The notes: generated from the letters alone by a model not told the origin. A DNA stretch of 64,000 bases from Nemertoderma westbladi (GCA_032718475.1 JAUCBJ010002949.1:1-64000), one strand, 5' to 3'; positions 37,567 through 51,161 are shown, numbered from the stretch's first letter. Numbers and translations are program-made.

Positions 37567-39211
37567 AGGAAATGCCTGTTCACCACCTTCCACAGTAAAC
37601 CCTTCCATTCTGTTTCCCAAGGAATGCCTGTTCACGATCACGGGTAATCTTCCACAGTATACCCTTCGAATCTGTTTCCTAAAGGAAAGCCTGTTCACCA
37701 CCATTGGTGATCTTCCACAGTATACCCTTCCGCTCTGTTTCCAAAGGAATGCCTGTTCGCCACCATGGGTGATCTTCCACAGTAAACCCTTCAACTTTGT
37801 TTCCTAAAGGAATGCCTGTTCACCACCATTGGTGATCTTCCACAGTAAACCCTTCCACTCTGTTTCCTAAAGGAATGCCTCTACACCACCATTGGTGATC
37901 TTCCACAGTAAACCCTTCCGCTCTGATTCCAAAAGAATGCCTGTTCACCACCATTGGTGATCTTCCACAGTAAACCCTTCCACTCTGTTTCGTTATGGAA
38001 TGCCTGTTCACGATCATGGGTAATCTTCCACAGTATACCCTTCGAATCTGTTTCCTAAAGGAATGCCTGTTCACCACCATTGGTGATCTTCCACAGTATA
38101 CCCTTCCGCTCTGTTTCCAAAGGAATGCCTGTTCACCACCATTGGCGATCTTCCACAGTAAACCCTTCCACTCTGTTTCCTAAAGGAATGCCTCTTCACC
38201 ACCATTGGTGATCTTCCACAGTAAACCCTTCCGCTCTGTTTCCAAAAGAATGCCTGTTCACCACCATTGGTGATCTTCCACAGTAAACCCTTCCACTCTG
38301 TTTCCTTAAGGAATGCCTATTCACCACCATAGGTGATCTTCCACCGTAAACCATTCCACTCTGTTTCCTAAAGGAATGCCTGTTCACCACCATTGGTGAT
38401 CTTCCACAGTAAACCTTTCCGCTCTGTTTCCAAAGGAATGCCTGTTCACCACCATTGGTGATCTTTCACAGTAAACCCTTCAACTCTGTTTCCTAAAGGA
38501 ATGCCAGATTAACACCATGAGTGATCTTCCACAGTAAACCCTTCCACTTTGTTTCCTAAAGGAATGCATTTTCACCACCATGGGTGATCTTCCACAGTAA
38601 ACCATTCCATTCTGTTCCCTAAAGGAATGCCTGTTCACCACCATTGGTGATCTTCCACAGTAACCTTTCCGCTCTGTTTCCAAAGGAATGCCTGTTCACC
38701 ACCATTGGTGATCTTCCACAGGAAACCCATCCACTCTGTTTCCCAACGGAATGCATGTTCACCTCCATGGGTGATCTTCCACAGTAAACCCTTCCACTCT
38801 GTTTCCTAAAGGAATGCCAGTTAAACACCTTGAGTGATCTTCCACAGTAAACCCTTACACTTGTTTCCTAAAGGAATGCCTGTTCAACACAATGGGTGAT
38901 CTTCCACAGTAAACCCTTCCACTCTGTTTCCTAGAGGAATGCCTGTTCACCACCATGGGTGATCTTCCACAGTAAACCCTTCCTCTCTGTTTCCTAAAGG
39001 AATGCTTGTTCAACACCATGGGTGATCTTCCACAGTAAACCCTTCCACTCTGTTTCCTAAAGGAATGCCAGTTCAACACCATGGGTGATCTACCACAGTA
39101 AACCCTTCAACTTTGTTTCCTAAAGGAATGCCTGTTCACCACCATATGGATGATCTTCCACAGTAAAACCTTCCACTCTGTTTCCTAAAGGAATGCCTGT
39201 TCACCACCATT
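37567..39211. repeat. 62-63-bp diverged satellite, about 26 copies
   Basis: Unit aggaatgcctgttcaccaccattggtgatcttccacagtaaacccttccactctgtttcctaa. Confidence 0.96.
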
Positions 39212-39737
39212 TTGAAAAAAAATATATATATTAAAAAATACATCAAATTTTATATAAATTAAATTAAAACAAATAATATTATTTAAAATATAAAATTGAA
39301 CTCAAACATTGATTTACGGGCTATATATATAATCTGAAAGAGTTTGAAAGATTGACAAATTGATATTGCAGTCATGTGACTAACAATGCACTGCATAATG
39401 CAGTTATTAAACAATATTAGACTACGGAGTGCACCATAGCGCAATATAGTTTAGTCTAGGACGTAACTATTAAAAGTAAACTCACGCAATGTAGTCACAA
39501 TAACCATACGATAGAGTGTAATCTTTTAAACAACACACTATATAAGACAGGCGCTTATCGCACATACAGAATACAACTAATTAATACATGTCGCGGTACA
39601 TTAATGAATCATCAGTCATTATTCATAAATCCAAAGGTGTTTTATTGACACCGAACACATGTGTACTAGTGTAAAATGTAGACACAGGTTTCATCTACAG
39701 TTAATTTTTGATTAATTTTATAATTAATATTTTCTAG

Positions 39738-40053
39738 GGAATCCATTTTCTTGGGATTGGATTAGGAAAAACTTCAAAGTTAAGAAATGCACATTTTTTA
39801 AACCGCGAGCCAAGGACAGTAACGTCTGTCAGTGCGGTTACTATAGAAAACAACACATGCCGGAGGCTAAGAGACCAGGACGACCGTTCCTCCAGACCTG
39901 GAAGGCGGATCTCTGTACCCGAGAGTTCCCTTGCGATGTTTATGGGAAGATCGAGTTCATAAGTGAAATCGAAACCACACGAAAACCCGCGAAGTATATC
40001 GGGATTAGTGAGGAAACACCTCTGAGAAGGATTCTGGACCTTCTCCTCTACAG
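39738..40053 (+). CDS. TRPM: TRPM channel exon (N-terminal MHR; first confidently placed exon)
   Basis: tttctag acceptor, gtaagt donor; WIRKNFKVKKC..F......CQCG....H and YGKIEF motifs. Confidence 0.85.
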
Positions 40054-40136
40054 GTAAGTAATAATGAAGATTCCAGAATATACAGTAGTTTAATTGTTAC
40101 CATAGAACATCGCGTATACATACATATTCCAACCTA

Positions 40137-40535
40137 AGGCCTATTTACACGTGACAACTTTTAGAGCAACTTTCTCGTCAACTAACAACTCTTTTTTGAG
40201 CAACATAATTTAATCGCTGTTTACACGTGGCAACTTTACCAGCAACTTGGCCGGAAACTTTTAGAGCAACTTGGCTATTTTAAATGTAAAATAGTGGGTA
40301 ATTTTATCTACTAGCTAGTTTTTGATAATTTAATTTGATTATCCAGCATTAATTCGTCAACGCAAATTCCTTCAAGTTGCCGTAAAAGTTGAGCAACTTT
40401 TACGGCAACGTTTTTTCAGCAACTTACCTGTTTACACGGAGCAACTTTACAAGTTGCTACAAGTTACAAGTTACATTGCAACTCTACAAGTTGCCGAGAA
40501 AGTTGCTCTAAAAGTTGCCACGTGTAAACAGGCCT
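40137..40535. mobile_element. PIF/Harbinger-like MITE in a TRPM intron
   Basis: About 45-bp TIRs AGGCCT(A/G)TTTACACGTG(A/G)CAACTTTTAGAGCAACTTTCTCG; TA/TWA-type flanks; internal GCAACTT repeats. Confidence 0.85.
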
Positions 40536-41062
40536 TAAAGAACGTTCAATAAAGTTTCCTAATTAGCTGTGAATTGACTGTCTTATCTTCCGATTGCATT
40601 ATCATAAAGAAGAGACTGCATAAATTTTGTGATTATCACCGGAGCTCTGCTCTGCTCGGGTTCCTGCAGCTATTATTAGTTTGTTTGAGGCTGGCTGGGT
40701 TTGTAGTCGGTTAAGTCGGTTAATCATGGATGAAATGGAATCAAACTTGGTACACATGTAGGCTATCAAAAGTTTAGAAATTCTACACACAGACAGACTT
40801 ATACAGTTCCTCTGTCTGCCGCTATCCTGCGAATTGTCAGAGCTTGCCACTGTTGATGTTGAAATGAAAAGCAGTAAATAACTTAATCCAAATTGTCGAC
40901 CCTATACTATTGCAGGACCGTTATGAAGGATCTATAACTGTATTATGAAACCAACTGACAGATTGCACAAACAAAAACTGCTGTACCGGTACAATAAATG
41001 TAGGCCTAAAGGCAACTGAACAGAAAATGTTATCTTATAGTATATATACATGTTTCTCCTAG

Positions 41063-41284
41063 ATGGAAACTGTCGCCCCCCAATCTAGTTGTCAGCGTTA
41101 CCGGAGGCAACAAAAACTTCAAGATGTCGGCTCGCGCTACGGAGATCTTTAATCGCGGTTTAATCCGCGCGGTAAACTCAACATCCGCGTGGATCGTTTC
41201 GAGTGGAGGTAATCTGGGAGTCGCCAAGGTGGTAGGAACTGCCGTACGGGAAGGACAGACGATGCAATGGCTGGGGGGCAGTCG
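41063..41284 (+). CDS. TRPM: TRPM exon (SLOG/MHR1-2)
   Basis: WKLSPPNLVVSVTGG...AWIVSSGGNLGVAKVVG; ag/gt sites in phase with neighbours. Confidence 0.9.
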
Positions 41285-43321
41285 GTTAGTTGGTACACAG
41301 TATTGATATACATAATCATATTGATTTTAATATATAATATTTAGCATAATAAGCAATCTTGTCCTGACGAGCGTTCTAGAACAATATGACACGTACAGAC
41401 AAGAACGCCACACCAACTTCCTACTCGAACAATATCAGTTATGTTCCGCATTCACAAAAACAACATGGAAACTCTGTAAACAGGGAAACCGCCATCTAAA
41501 CACCAGAATGACTTATCATGGATTTACCGCAAACTTATTTCTAATAAATCTTTCCACTCCCCTTCAACTGGATGCATCTACATTATTCTGTCTCGGCCCC
41601 ACCGATGATGGATACCGCGCCTTTGGCTGGTCGCAATGTCCCTCCCTGTCTGCTTTATCTAAATTTTAAGAAAATATTTTATACAATTTTATAATAATGT
41701 AAATGTATAAACCTTTTTTATACGTTTTAATCAGTACCTATTTGCCCCGTTTGGGGGCGTATATATAGTAATTTATATTTTTAGCTTAAAAGTTGGTCGG
41801 TTTCAGGTTGATACATAATGACATTCTGTATGTATGAATTGTAAACAATTGGTTGGAGTTGGTTATAATTATACCGATCAGTTTCTAAGTTAAAGATGCC
41901 GATCTCTTTTTGCGCCGATTTTCATTGGCGATGCTAGAATTTTGTGAACAATACGCTTACCTCCCTATTTAGAAAGCATGCAGGGTACCGGACATTATTT
42001 CTATTTGTTGGAAGAGTCCAGTTTCACTGTTACAGACACATTCGTGGGACGAACTTGAGCAAAGTTCGAAACAAGTTCGATTTGATCTCGAGTCAAAAGT
42101 TCGAGAGGTATTTGCCCGTAACTTTAAAAAATATTGGAACTTTTTCTCTAGTATGCCCATACAAAATTTGGTTGAATAACTATTTATTTTACAAAAAGAA
42201 AGTACTATTTTTTGTCCTACTTTTTTATCCGTATTTTCGAGGAATAGCAGAATGTGCACATTTTTTCCGAGCCGTAGCCGAGGAATAAATGCACTATTTC
42301 GGGGAAATGCGGATTAAAAAGAAATGACAAATAATGATTTATTTTTGTAGATGTTGTTTTCTTTTAAAACTTATCTTTTTCTCCACTAAAATGCAGACAA
42401 AAACGACGTTTTGCCAAAAGTCAAGCCACATTTAGAATATACTATTACTAATTATTATGAATAATATATTAAATACAATATTGGAAATATATTGAAGGTA
42501 CATTGAGCACCACTAGCTACCACTTAATCTTCCTTTAACTATTCCCATTTGAATTAGAAGTAACAAAGTTATCGCAAATTCGATGTCAATTTGGCCCCTA
42601 TGCATCATTGATTGTGTAATTAAATAATACTAGCTAATATATACAAGCTATAATTTGTTAGTGGAGTGTGAAGGTGATATTCCAGTTCCAAAACGTTAAT
42701 CAAATAATCAAACCAAAAATTTGATTAAATTAGCTAATTGTTCAAAAGATCCTACAACTAAACATTTTAATGCTAAATTTATTAATAATTACCAACGTGA
42801 TAACTGTTCTAGAATAAATAATGCGAAATCAACAGAATGAACTTCCAGATCGTTGATTGGATTAATATTTAATTATCCGCATTTTTGGAAGATTGAATGG
42901 ATAATTATTAATTTCTCCGCATATGCGGACAAAAAAGTATTTTATTTCCGCATTTTTGCGGATATAAAAGTCAATTTTTAAAAGAAATGGTTAAAATCTT
43001 CAAAAGTTATTTACGAATCAATATTTCATAAAAAATTAATTCTTACATACATACATACCCCGGATATGAGATTTTGCCATATTTACTAATTATAATTGTG
43101 CGCTAAGGCTCGACTTTACTGCGTGGCTCGCCCCATATTCTATTTATTATAAAAGACATAATAGGCCTAATACTTTGTAAAGAGGCCTATAGTTTAAACA
43201 TTGTGGAATTTGGATAAACATTTATTATAGGAAGTGTTCTAGAGGAATGTGAATTGTTTTCCATTAATCATTTAACAATTTACAAAATATTAATTAACAA
43301 AATCTAAATTACATTATTTAG

Positions 43322-43452
43322 GGGACACAGACTTCTCACTTGTATTGGTCTATCTCCGATGGGTGTTGTTGCAAACGCAGACTGTCTTTACAGCAGAGAT
43401 GGTAGGGGAAGATGGCCCGCAGAGTATCCAGTATCGCATGCTTCAAGACCAG
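43322..43452 (+). CDS. TRPM: TRPM exon
   Basis: LTCIGLSPMGVV (IGIAPWG-like); tttag and gtgagt sites, phase-consistent. Confidence 0.85.
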
Positions 43453-44182
43453 GTGAGTAGATTCGAACAAAATGATTCGAACAGAAGTTTCGAGTAAAGA
43501 GTGTCGAGCGTTGTGGGGCGTGTAACTTGGGAGTTAGTGTGGCGCACTACTGGCTTCACATGTAACAGTTAACAGAACGGAGACTCTGGTGTTTCATGAT
43601 TAGATAGACTCAAAAGTCAATAACAAAATCACTCAAATGTCAAATGATATCTTTGCAGACATTGCATAGTAAATTCTGTAATTCTGGCGAAGCAAAACAT
43701 TTCAGCTGTTACATACAAGTTTTCAGCTGTTACATATCAATCTGTAGACTAGGCCTAACTTTATTAAGAAACTTTCCCGTAAACAGGGTGATGGGAATAT
43801 TTAAGGTGATGTTAAATTATAAATTGATTCCCCACTAACCTACTGTAGGCCCACACCTGGATTTTGTTAGATTTCACCTCTTGCATGTAAATATTATATT
43901 GGGTGGGCCGAATCAGCATTTCTATCAAATCAACTAAATGGTTTATACACAGTGGGTAATCTCAGTGGACGACCAGTGCCTGTTGTCTTTACTTTTATAA
44001 TCCATCGTATATCAGCGGGCATATATTATTATCCTGGGAAGCTGCTATGAGTCGATTGAGAAATTGTGTTAAAATTCTAAACTACAATATTATAATACTA
44101 TACCAAAGTAAATATCAATTTTTTGAAACTTGGAAATTTACGGAATTTATCAGTATTTTATTATATATAAATATTTTTCCAG

Positions 44183-44520
44183 GTCAGCCTGAATCCCTGA
44201 ACCCTGACCACACCCACTTTATTCTAATCACCGAAGGAAGCCGAGGTCTAATGGGCCCGGCATTTGAGGCCACACGATGTGTGCGAACTGGTCTGGAGGG
44301 ACTGATAGCAGCGCCATCTAGCGGCAGGGATGGGGAACCAGAAGGACTTGGTGTACCGGTGGTCTCTGTCCTATTAGAAGGGGGATGGGATTCCCTTCTC
44401 ACAGTGAGAAAATCTATTATCAATGGGATTCCATGTGTTGTCTGCGATGGTACCGGGAGAATGGCAGATGTTCTCGCCTACGCTAACTCTACTGCTGTGG
44501 TTATCGAGAATGTCAGACAG
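44183..44520 (+). CDS. TRPM: TRPM exon
   Basis: LNPDHTHFILI, VPVVSVLLEGG, PCVVCDGTGRMADVLA. Confidence 0.9.
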
Positions 44521-44662
44521 GTTATTGACAATAATCTCATATAGATTTGTTACCTAAGATTATATTTTATTTAAATATGAAATAAATTGCAATGAAAATA
44601 TCAATTATGAAAATGTAAATTCCACCGTCCAGTAAGTTTACTTACTGTTATGGTATTCAGTA

Positions 44663-45473
44663 CAGATAGGGGGGGGGGAACTGGACGCAATAGAAATTCA
44701 TCCCTCTCCAGGGGAAATTGGCAACCCAAATATGGATTATGGTATATAGTTGCATGTACTGTACAGTAGTTCACAAAACTGTACATCATATTTTCTCACA
44801 AATATATTATATAATAATTGGTTCTCGACATGTCATGAAATTACATTTAATTAGAAGACAGTTGGGGATAACTTGTTGAACCTCTCAACAGCCGCTATAA
44901 CTATGTCAAACTGTCCTCCTTATCTTTTAAGGGCCTGGAGGTCTTCTTATAGCCAGCTTGTTGGCTCTCTAGTAGTATTCAGTAACCGTAGATTTGCTTA
45001 CCAATATTATAGCAACATTTATAATGCAAAGTGATAGTGTACCATATCATACTGGTAGCATTACAACTGGACGTTAACAGATAAAACGTAGTTCTATTCC
45101 CAACACAATTGGATAATTCAAAACTGTTTTCATTAAATTAATGATATAATATTATTGTTAATTTGGATTTGGATACATTGAAACAAGTGAACGATTTAAT
45201 CAATGATCACAAAAAAGGAGACAAGGGGGGAAACTGGACACGAAACCCGCCTTGGCGAATTAATATCCCGCCTCAATGTTAAATTCTCAATTTAGGGAAG
45301 GAGGTTACAGTGACACGTTATTTTAACCAAAACAATAAACTAAACACAATAGAACAGGTTACAGTTTTATTTTTGAGAGTAATCAACTGTTATTTGCGTC
45401 CAATTTCCCCTGGAGAGGGATTAATTTTTATTGCATTCAGTTTCCCCCCCCCCCCCCCCCCCCCCCCTATCTG
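44663..45473. mobile_element. Non-autonomous TIR element (MITE) in a TRPM intron
   Basis: CAGATAGGGG...tccctctccaggggaaattgg is inverted at ccaatttcccctggagaggga...CCCCTATCTG. Confidence 0.7.
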
Positions 45474-45628
45474 CAAAAAAAGTTAACTTATATACTGTAG
45501 GAATGTTAGTTTAAGTACATAAAACACAGTAGGGACTTAATATAATGAAATGAATATATCGTATAGTAAATATCATGAAAACTATCAGTAAATAAAATCT
45601 ATATTCAATTTAACCGTTATATATTTAG

Positions 45629-46171
45629 GTCGACCCATCGAGTATGGATGTACTAAAAGCGAAACTAATGGCTGCTGTTCCAAAACTCACCACTAAGAAC
45701 GCGAGTAGAATGCGTATCCTACAGGATGCTGTTAATGACTGCGTTAAAGACAAACTTATGTTAACAGTATTTAAAATGCAAGAAGGAGAAGAAAGTGATA
45801 ATCTAGACGTTGCTATACTGGATGCGTTGCTAAGAGGGCAGCGTGCCACTAAAAGAGACCAATTGAAACTCGCTCTTTCATGGAATAGAGTTGATGTAGC
45901 TGCTGAAGAGATATTCACTGAAGAATACGAATGGCCTTCTGGAAGCCTAGACGATATTATGATCAAAGCATTGCTGGAAAATAAAACAAATTTTATTCAG
46001 TTATTTCTGGAGAATGGGATTATTATGAAAGAATTTCTTACTGTTGCTAGGTTACGCTATCTATACAATAAATCTATTGAATACACTCCAATTCTAAAAC
46101 GTTTGTTTAAACTGATTGCACCTTTGATTCGATACCCAAATGGACCGTACAGCCTCAAAGATGTTTCTCAG
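45629..46171 (+). CDS. TRPM: TRPM exon (MHR3-4)
   Basis: LDVAILDALL, QLKLALSWNRVDVA, FLTVARLRYLY; phase 0 at both ends. Confidence 0.92.
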
Positions 46172-47149
46172 GTGAGCGACTACGTATTTCTTTGTTGTCA
46201 ATGTTATTAATATTATAATGTTTTATGTATATATTATTGTTTGAGATTTATTTATAGGTATAGTTACCTGAGTAAGTATTTTATACCATCGTAAATATAA
46301 TATGATCCAATTCACAATGTACTCGGTCGAACTATTGTAAAGTGTATGAGAGGATTGCTCAAACCAAACAAACAAGAAATCAACAGACAATCCTAAGGAT
46401 CAACAGCTGACACGATCAACTGGTGACATTTCTGTTCTAACAATATTGTTTGGGTAAATTCATATTTATGCTGTATACATATCCTTTCTGGTTAATATAA
46501 TGTGAACCATCTGTCTACAATCACGGCATGCATCATTGTAGCTGCATTACCAAGAAAAACTTAATGCTATACCGGATTAACTACTAAATTGCGTCGCCAC
46601 AACACCCTATCACCCATATCTTTCACGAGATTATCTGCATCTTGAAGGGCAGTGCCCTTTATGAGACCTCAAAAAAATTCTGGGCCGGGTTTTGTTCTCT
46701 CCATGAGACAGCAAAAGCAGAAGATTTTTACCTGGCTGGCCCTCACGCCAAAAGTAATTTGCTGTAAATTTCTAAACCAATATAGAGGTTGTGAACTTGA
46801 AATGGTATGGTCAGAACTATCTATTTATGATGTATTTATTTGTGGTTTTTTTTTTATAACTCTGAAACAAACGTAGTTGGGAATCTAAAATTTTATGACT
46901 TTTCCTAAAAATCTATTGCCTTCCTAGTAGTGAAAACCGTTTTCAAAAATAGTGGGTAGTTTTCGAGTTATAGCTCCATTTTTTAACCCTACTTTTGGCG
47001 CTTTTTTTGAGAAGTTTTTTGAAAATTACATTTCATGAAATATGATTTGTAACAACTATATTTTTGATTTACACCGGTTTTTGGTGTTTACAGTTAGATG
47101 GAAATCATTATAAATTAATTTAGAAATTTCAGACTTGTTTTTTAGGCGG

Positions 47150-47825
47150 GTGCCAAATTTTGGTGCCAGCACCAAATTTTGAAATATATCAATTATGAAA
47201 ATTTATTGTTTGAAACTGTTTTTTGCGCAATAGGGGTTTTTTTGGGGTTCTGGTTTCGATGGAATATATTCGAGTTGCACCACGTGTATCAATTTTCGGT
47301 ACTGTGTGCAAATTTTGGTATCAGCACGAAATTTTTGAAAATCCATTCAATAGTTAAATTGCTTGTGACAACTTATTTCTCGCGTTTTAGAGGTTTATGG
47401 CGGTTCTAAATGAATTCAATGGAATAAATAATTATCTAACTAGACATCTCAAACTTGTATTTTCGGAAGTGGGTGCTAAATTTGGTGCTAGCACCAAATT
47501 TTGAAAACCATCAAATTTATAAATTGATTGTGTCACATTGTTTCGTGCGTTATACGGGTTTGTGGTGGTTCTGAATTCAATGGAATAAGTAAAAATTGCA
47601 TAAGAGTTTTCTAACTTGTATTTTTCGCTGGTGGGTGAAAATTGTTGTGCCAGCACCAAATTTTTGAAAATAAGCAAATTGGTCAATAGATAGTCTTATC
47701 ATCTTGTTTCTTACGTTATACGGGTTTATGAGGGTCCTGAATCCGATGGAATCAATAAAAACATCACTAGACATCTCAAATGATATTTTGATGATGGGTA
47801 CGAAATTTGGTGCTAGCACCAAAAC
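47150..47825. repeat. Diverged repeats of about 160-bp period, each centred on a palindrome, probably inside a non-autonomous DNA element (about 46650-48020)
   Basis: AAATTTGGTGCTAGCACCAAATTT or variants at about 47162, 47317, 47484, 47646 and 47809. Confidence 0.7.
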
Positions 47826-48326
47826 TAGCCATGTTGCGCCGAAAAATACGTGTAGCAATGATCTGGCAATTTAGAAATGTATTCCATCAGAATCAGCGCC
47901 CCAGAAAACCTATAAATATAAATTTATAGCATCGTATAAGTGAATTAAAAATTTCGTGTTCAAACCGAAAAGTGCTTGTTACTTGTTTTTTTTTCATTTT
48001 TTGCCTTCATAGAGGACTAAAACAGCCATTTATAATAATTGGATCAATTTTAAATATTCTTCAATTTCAATTTCATATTTATAATTATATTCATAATTAT
48101 TAATTGATTATGATCGATATGATAATTTGTTATTATTTATAAATAAATAATATAAACTCTAAACCTTAAATGGCTACTAAGTCAGTACCAGTTCCCACTG
48201 GGGAGTATAGTTTTTGTGGGGTGGGGGCACTGGAAATAATTCAACAAACTTTGCCTAAAATTACTTGTCAACTGGTAGAATAAAAGTTTACTTAACTTTC
48301 TAGGGTTCTACTTTATTTACTTCCAG

Positions 48327-48607
48327 GTAATTAAACTGCTGACTGGATCGCATTACGAATATCTGTACTCTTCCGACCATCCCCGTATCAGTAGTGTCAA
48401 TGAACGATTCGGTTTAATGGCTCTATCCACCAACTTGGTCGCCATGTCGTTGATGTATTATGGACACAGTCCTGAAGAGTTCGGCTCGAAAGAAGAGGCT
48501 TATAGAGCAGCTACTCATCACATAGCTACCGGGAATGTTGGGAACCCAGAGGCTTTGTTTCAAAGACCCTTCAATGAACTCTTTCTGTGGGCAATTCTCA
48601 CATCCAG
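48327..48607 (+). CDS. TRPM: TRPM exon
   Basis: VIKLLTG..Y, PFNELFLWAIL; ttccag and gtatat sites. Confidence 0.88.
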
Positions 48608-48907
48608 GTATATAACTAAAAATCAAATAAATTATCCAAAATTAAAAGAAAACATAAAAAAACATAAAAAAAAACAAAGTTTAATAAAGTTAAATTGCAA
48701 CAAGTACTGTATGTAGGTCTATTTAAAAATTTTAAAATCAAGGAACGATTGTTGATGATGTTAAAAAAAAGTGCAAATATTTGAGTTGAGAGAGTTAATA
48801 TAAAAATATTTCACTAAATTTCACATTTTTAACTGACAGTAGATATCTATTAAATCTACATTGTAATTAATTAGAAAATAATAACAAATTGCCTACTTAA
48901 ATTTCAG

Positions 48908-51161
48908 GTCAGATTTGGCGCGATTTTTCTGGAACTATGTAGAGGAACCAGTAACCATGGGGATAGTTGCCAGTCAAATGTGGACATCGATTTCTCATCG
49001 TGTCAGATCCAAGGATTTAGAAACAAAGAATCTCTATATGAGTCATGCTAGAGAATTTGAAGGTTTATCTCTGGCAGTTATGGATCAGTGCTACACTACC
49101 GAGAGTTCTTTGGCGACGATGTTAATTGATAAGAGACATAAAAACTGGGGATTAAATAGTTGCATTGATATTGCAGCGTTGGCTGGAGACCAGGAATTCA
49201 TTGCCCATCAATGTTGTCAGGACTCTGTACAGAGTAAATGGACAGGGGGCCTACAATGTACGGCCCCTACTGTTATAGCTTGCTTATTCCTACCGTTTTT
49301 AATCACTTCTATAGAAGTAACAACCGAGAAACAATCACTTTCAACTGGAATTCAAATTTATCAAGAAAATAAAACTGAATCCCAAGATGTAAAATTCATT
49401 GACAAACTGAAAGTATTTTATACAGCACCAATAACAAAATTCTGGGGTAATTCAATAGCGTACATAATATTTCTGCTATTGTTCGTTGCCTATCTGCTAT
49501 TCGATTTGCAGGAAGGCGAAACCTCAGTTCTAGAAATCTACGTAATAGTAACTATAGTTTCTCTATTTACTGAAGAGCTGCGCCAGATTCTAGAAATGTA
49601 TTCGGGATCCTGGTACGAAAGCATATTGCGGTGGTCAAAAGCTGAGTGGAACATAATTGATGGATTAAGTTTGACTACAGCTCTCATAGGAATGGGTCTT
49701 AGATTTAGTTCATACTATTATGAAGTTGGACGCATTATTCTATGCTGTGTCTCCACCATATTCTTTATTAAGATTATTCGAATTTATGCAGTCAGCAGTA
49801 AGTTAGGCCCTATGTGGGTAATGATACGGAGGATGTTGGTAGAATTAATGTTTTTTCTGGCTGTGTTACTTGTTTTCTTTGTGGCCTATTCTATAGCTGC
49901 TTGGACTATCCTACACCCCAGTACCTACACCGGACGGCCAGACCAGATAGGCGAACTACTATTACAAGTATTTAAAATTCCATATTATCAACTTTATGGG
50001 GAATTATTTTTAGATGAACTCGACTCTGATTTATGCGCAGAATCGAATCCTTCTGATAGTTATTGCTTTCAAAGAAGACGAATCGTTATTATAATATTAG
50101 CGGTTTATTTATTAATAGGTAACATATTATTGCTGAATTTATTAATAGCAATATTTAATCATATTTATGAGAGTGTCAGACTAAATTCCTTACAACTATG
50201 GAAATACGATATGTATTTTCTTGCAAGTCATTATGCTAAGAAGCCTGTTATGCCACCTCCTTTGCTGTTAATAGAACATATATACAGAGTCGCACGCTGG
50301 TTGGTTAGATTGTGTTACACAGTCATGTGTACTGGTGATTTATCTTCCACACACACCCCATGGTCAGTAGGACAATATGAAGAACATACGGTCACATACT
50401 CGCCCCACGTGCTGGATATGTTACGTACATTCGAGAAGGAGTCTGCCTCTGTATTCCGTCGCTCAGAAATTCAAAAAACTAAAGGTTCTATTGAGGAAAG
50501 AGTGAAGGTGATGAGTGATCAACTAGTCGATGTTACTAGTGAGTTACATCAGTTTATAGCCAAGATGAGTTCATATAATAAACCTTATGAGAAGAAGATA
50601 GAAGATATTAATAATCAGCAGACAAAATGTGAACCAATTAAAAGTAACGTTATAAATGTGGGACTAAATGAGAAAGCTGATGAGATCGTAAGAAACATTC
50701 ATCATAAAAATATTGAAAAATATACGAGTGATTCAAAAGACAATTCAAATCATATTGAAAAGTTTGAAGATGAAATCAACAAAGAAACTACGCTCCAAAC
50801 AAAATTACTTGAAGGCGATAATGATGAGTTTATGGTAGGTAATTTATTTATTGATACTGAGCTGGAAGCTGTTGTTCCACCTCCAATAAATAAACATAAC
50901 AATATTAACGAGTTATCTTCGGATCTTTTTGATTTACAATCTTCATCACAACTTAATGGGGATGTTGATGACTCAGCAATTCACACAAAAATATATTCCA
51001 AAAAGCCAATATTTAAAAATGAATTGGAGACAAAAATGATGAGTCAAGAAGACGATACCTTTGATCAAATCGATGATAGAATGCAAATGAAAAAACATAA
51101 ATCGAAGCATCGGAAAAAAAGAAATAAAAGTAGAGACAAAGGTTCTGATCAGGTTACATAG
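48908..51161 (+). CDS. TRPM: TRPM terminal exon: pre-S1, S1-S6, pore, TRP box, coiled coil, C-tail; no kinase or NUDT9-H domain
   Basis: FYTAPITKF, LGPMWVMIRRM, PYYQLYGELFLDEL, NILLLNLLIAIFN, WKYDMY; AATAAA at 51351. Confidence 0.95.

Noticed and set aside
41362-41432. CTGACGAG...CTCGAAC hammerhead or LINE relic
   Set aside because: No GAAA core or convincing stems; cannot be supported
42170-43000. Possible Crypton/Helentron-like non-autonomous elements (also about 1130-1260, 16930-17400, 17750-17810, 40620-40800, 60440-60700)
   Set aside because: Hairpin and microsatellite hints only; termini could not be defined
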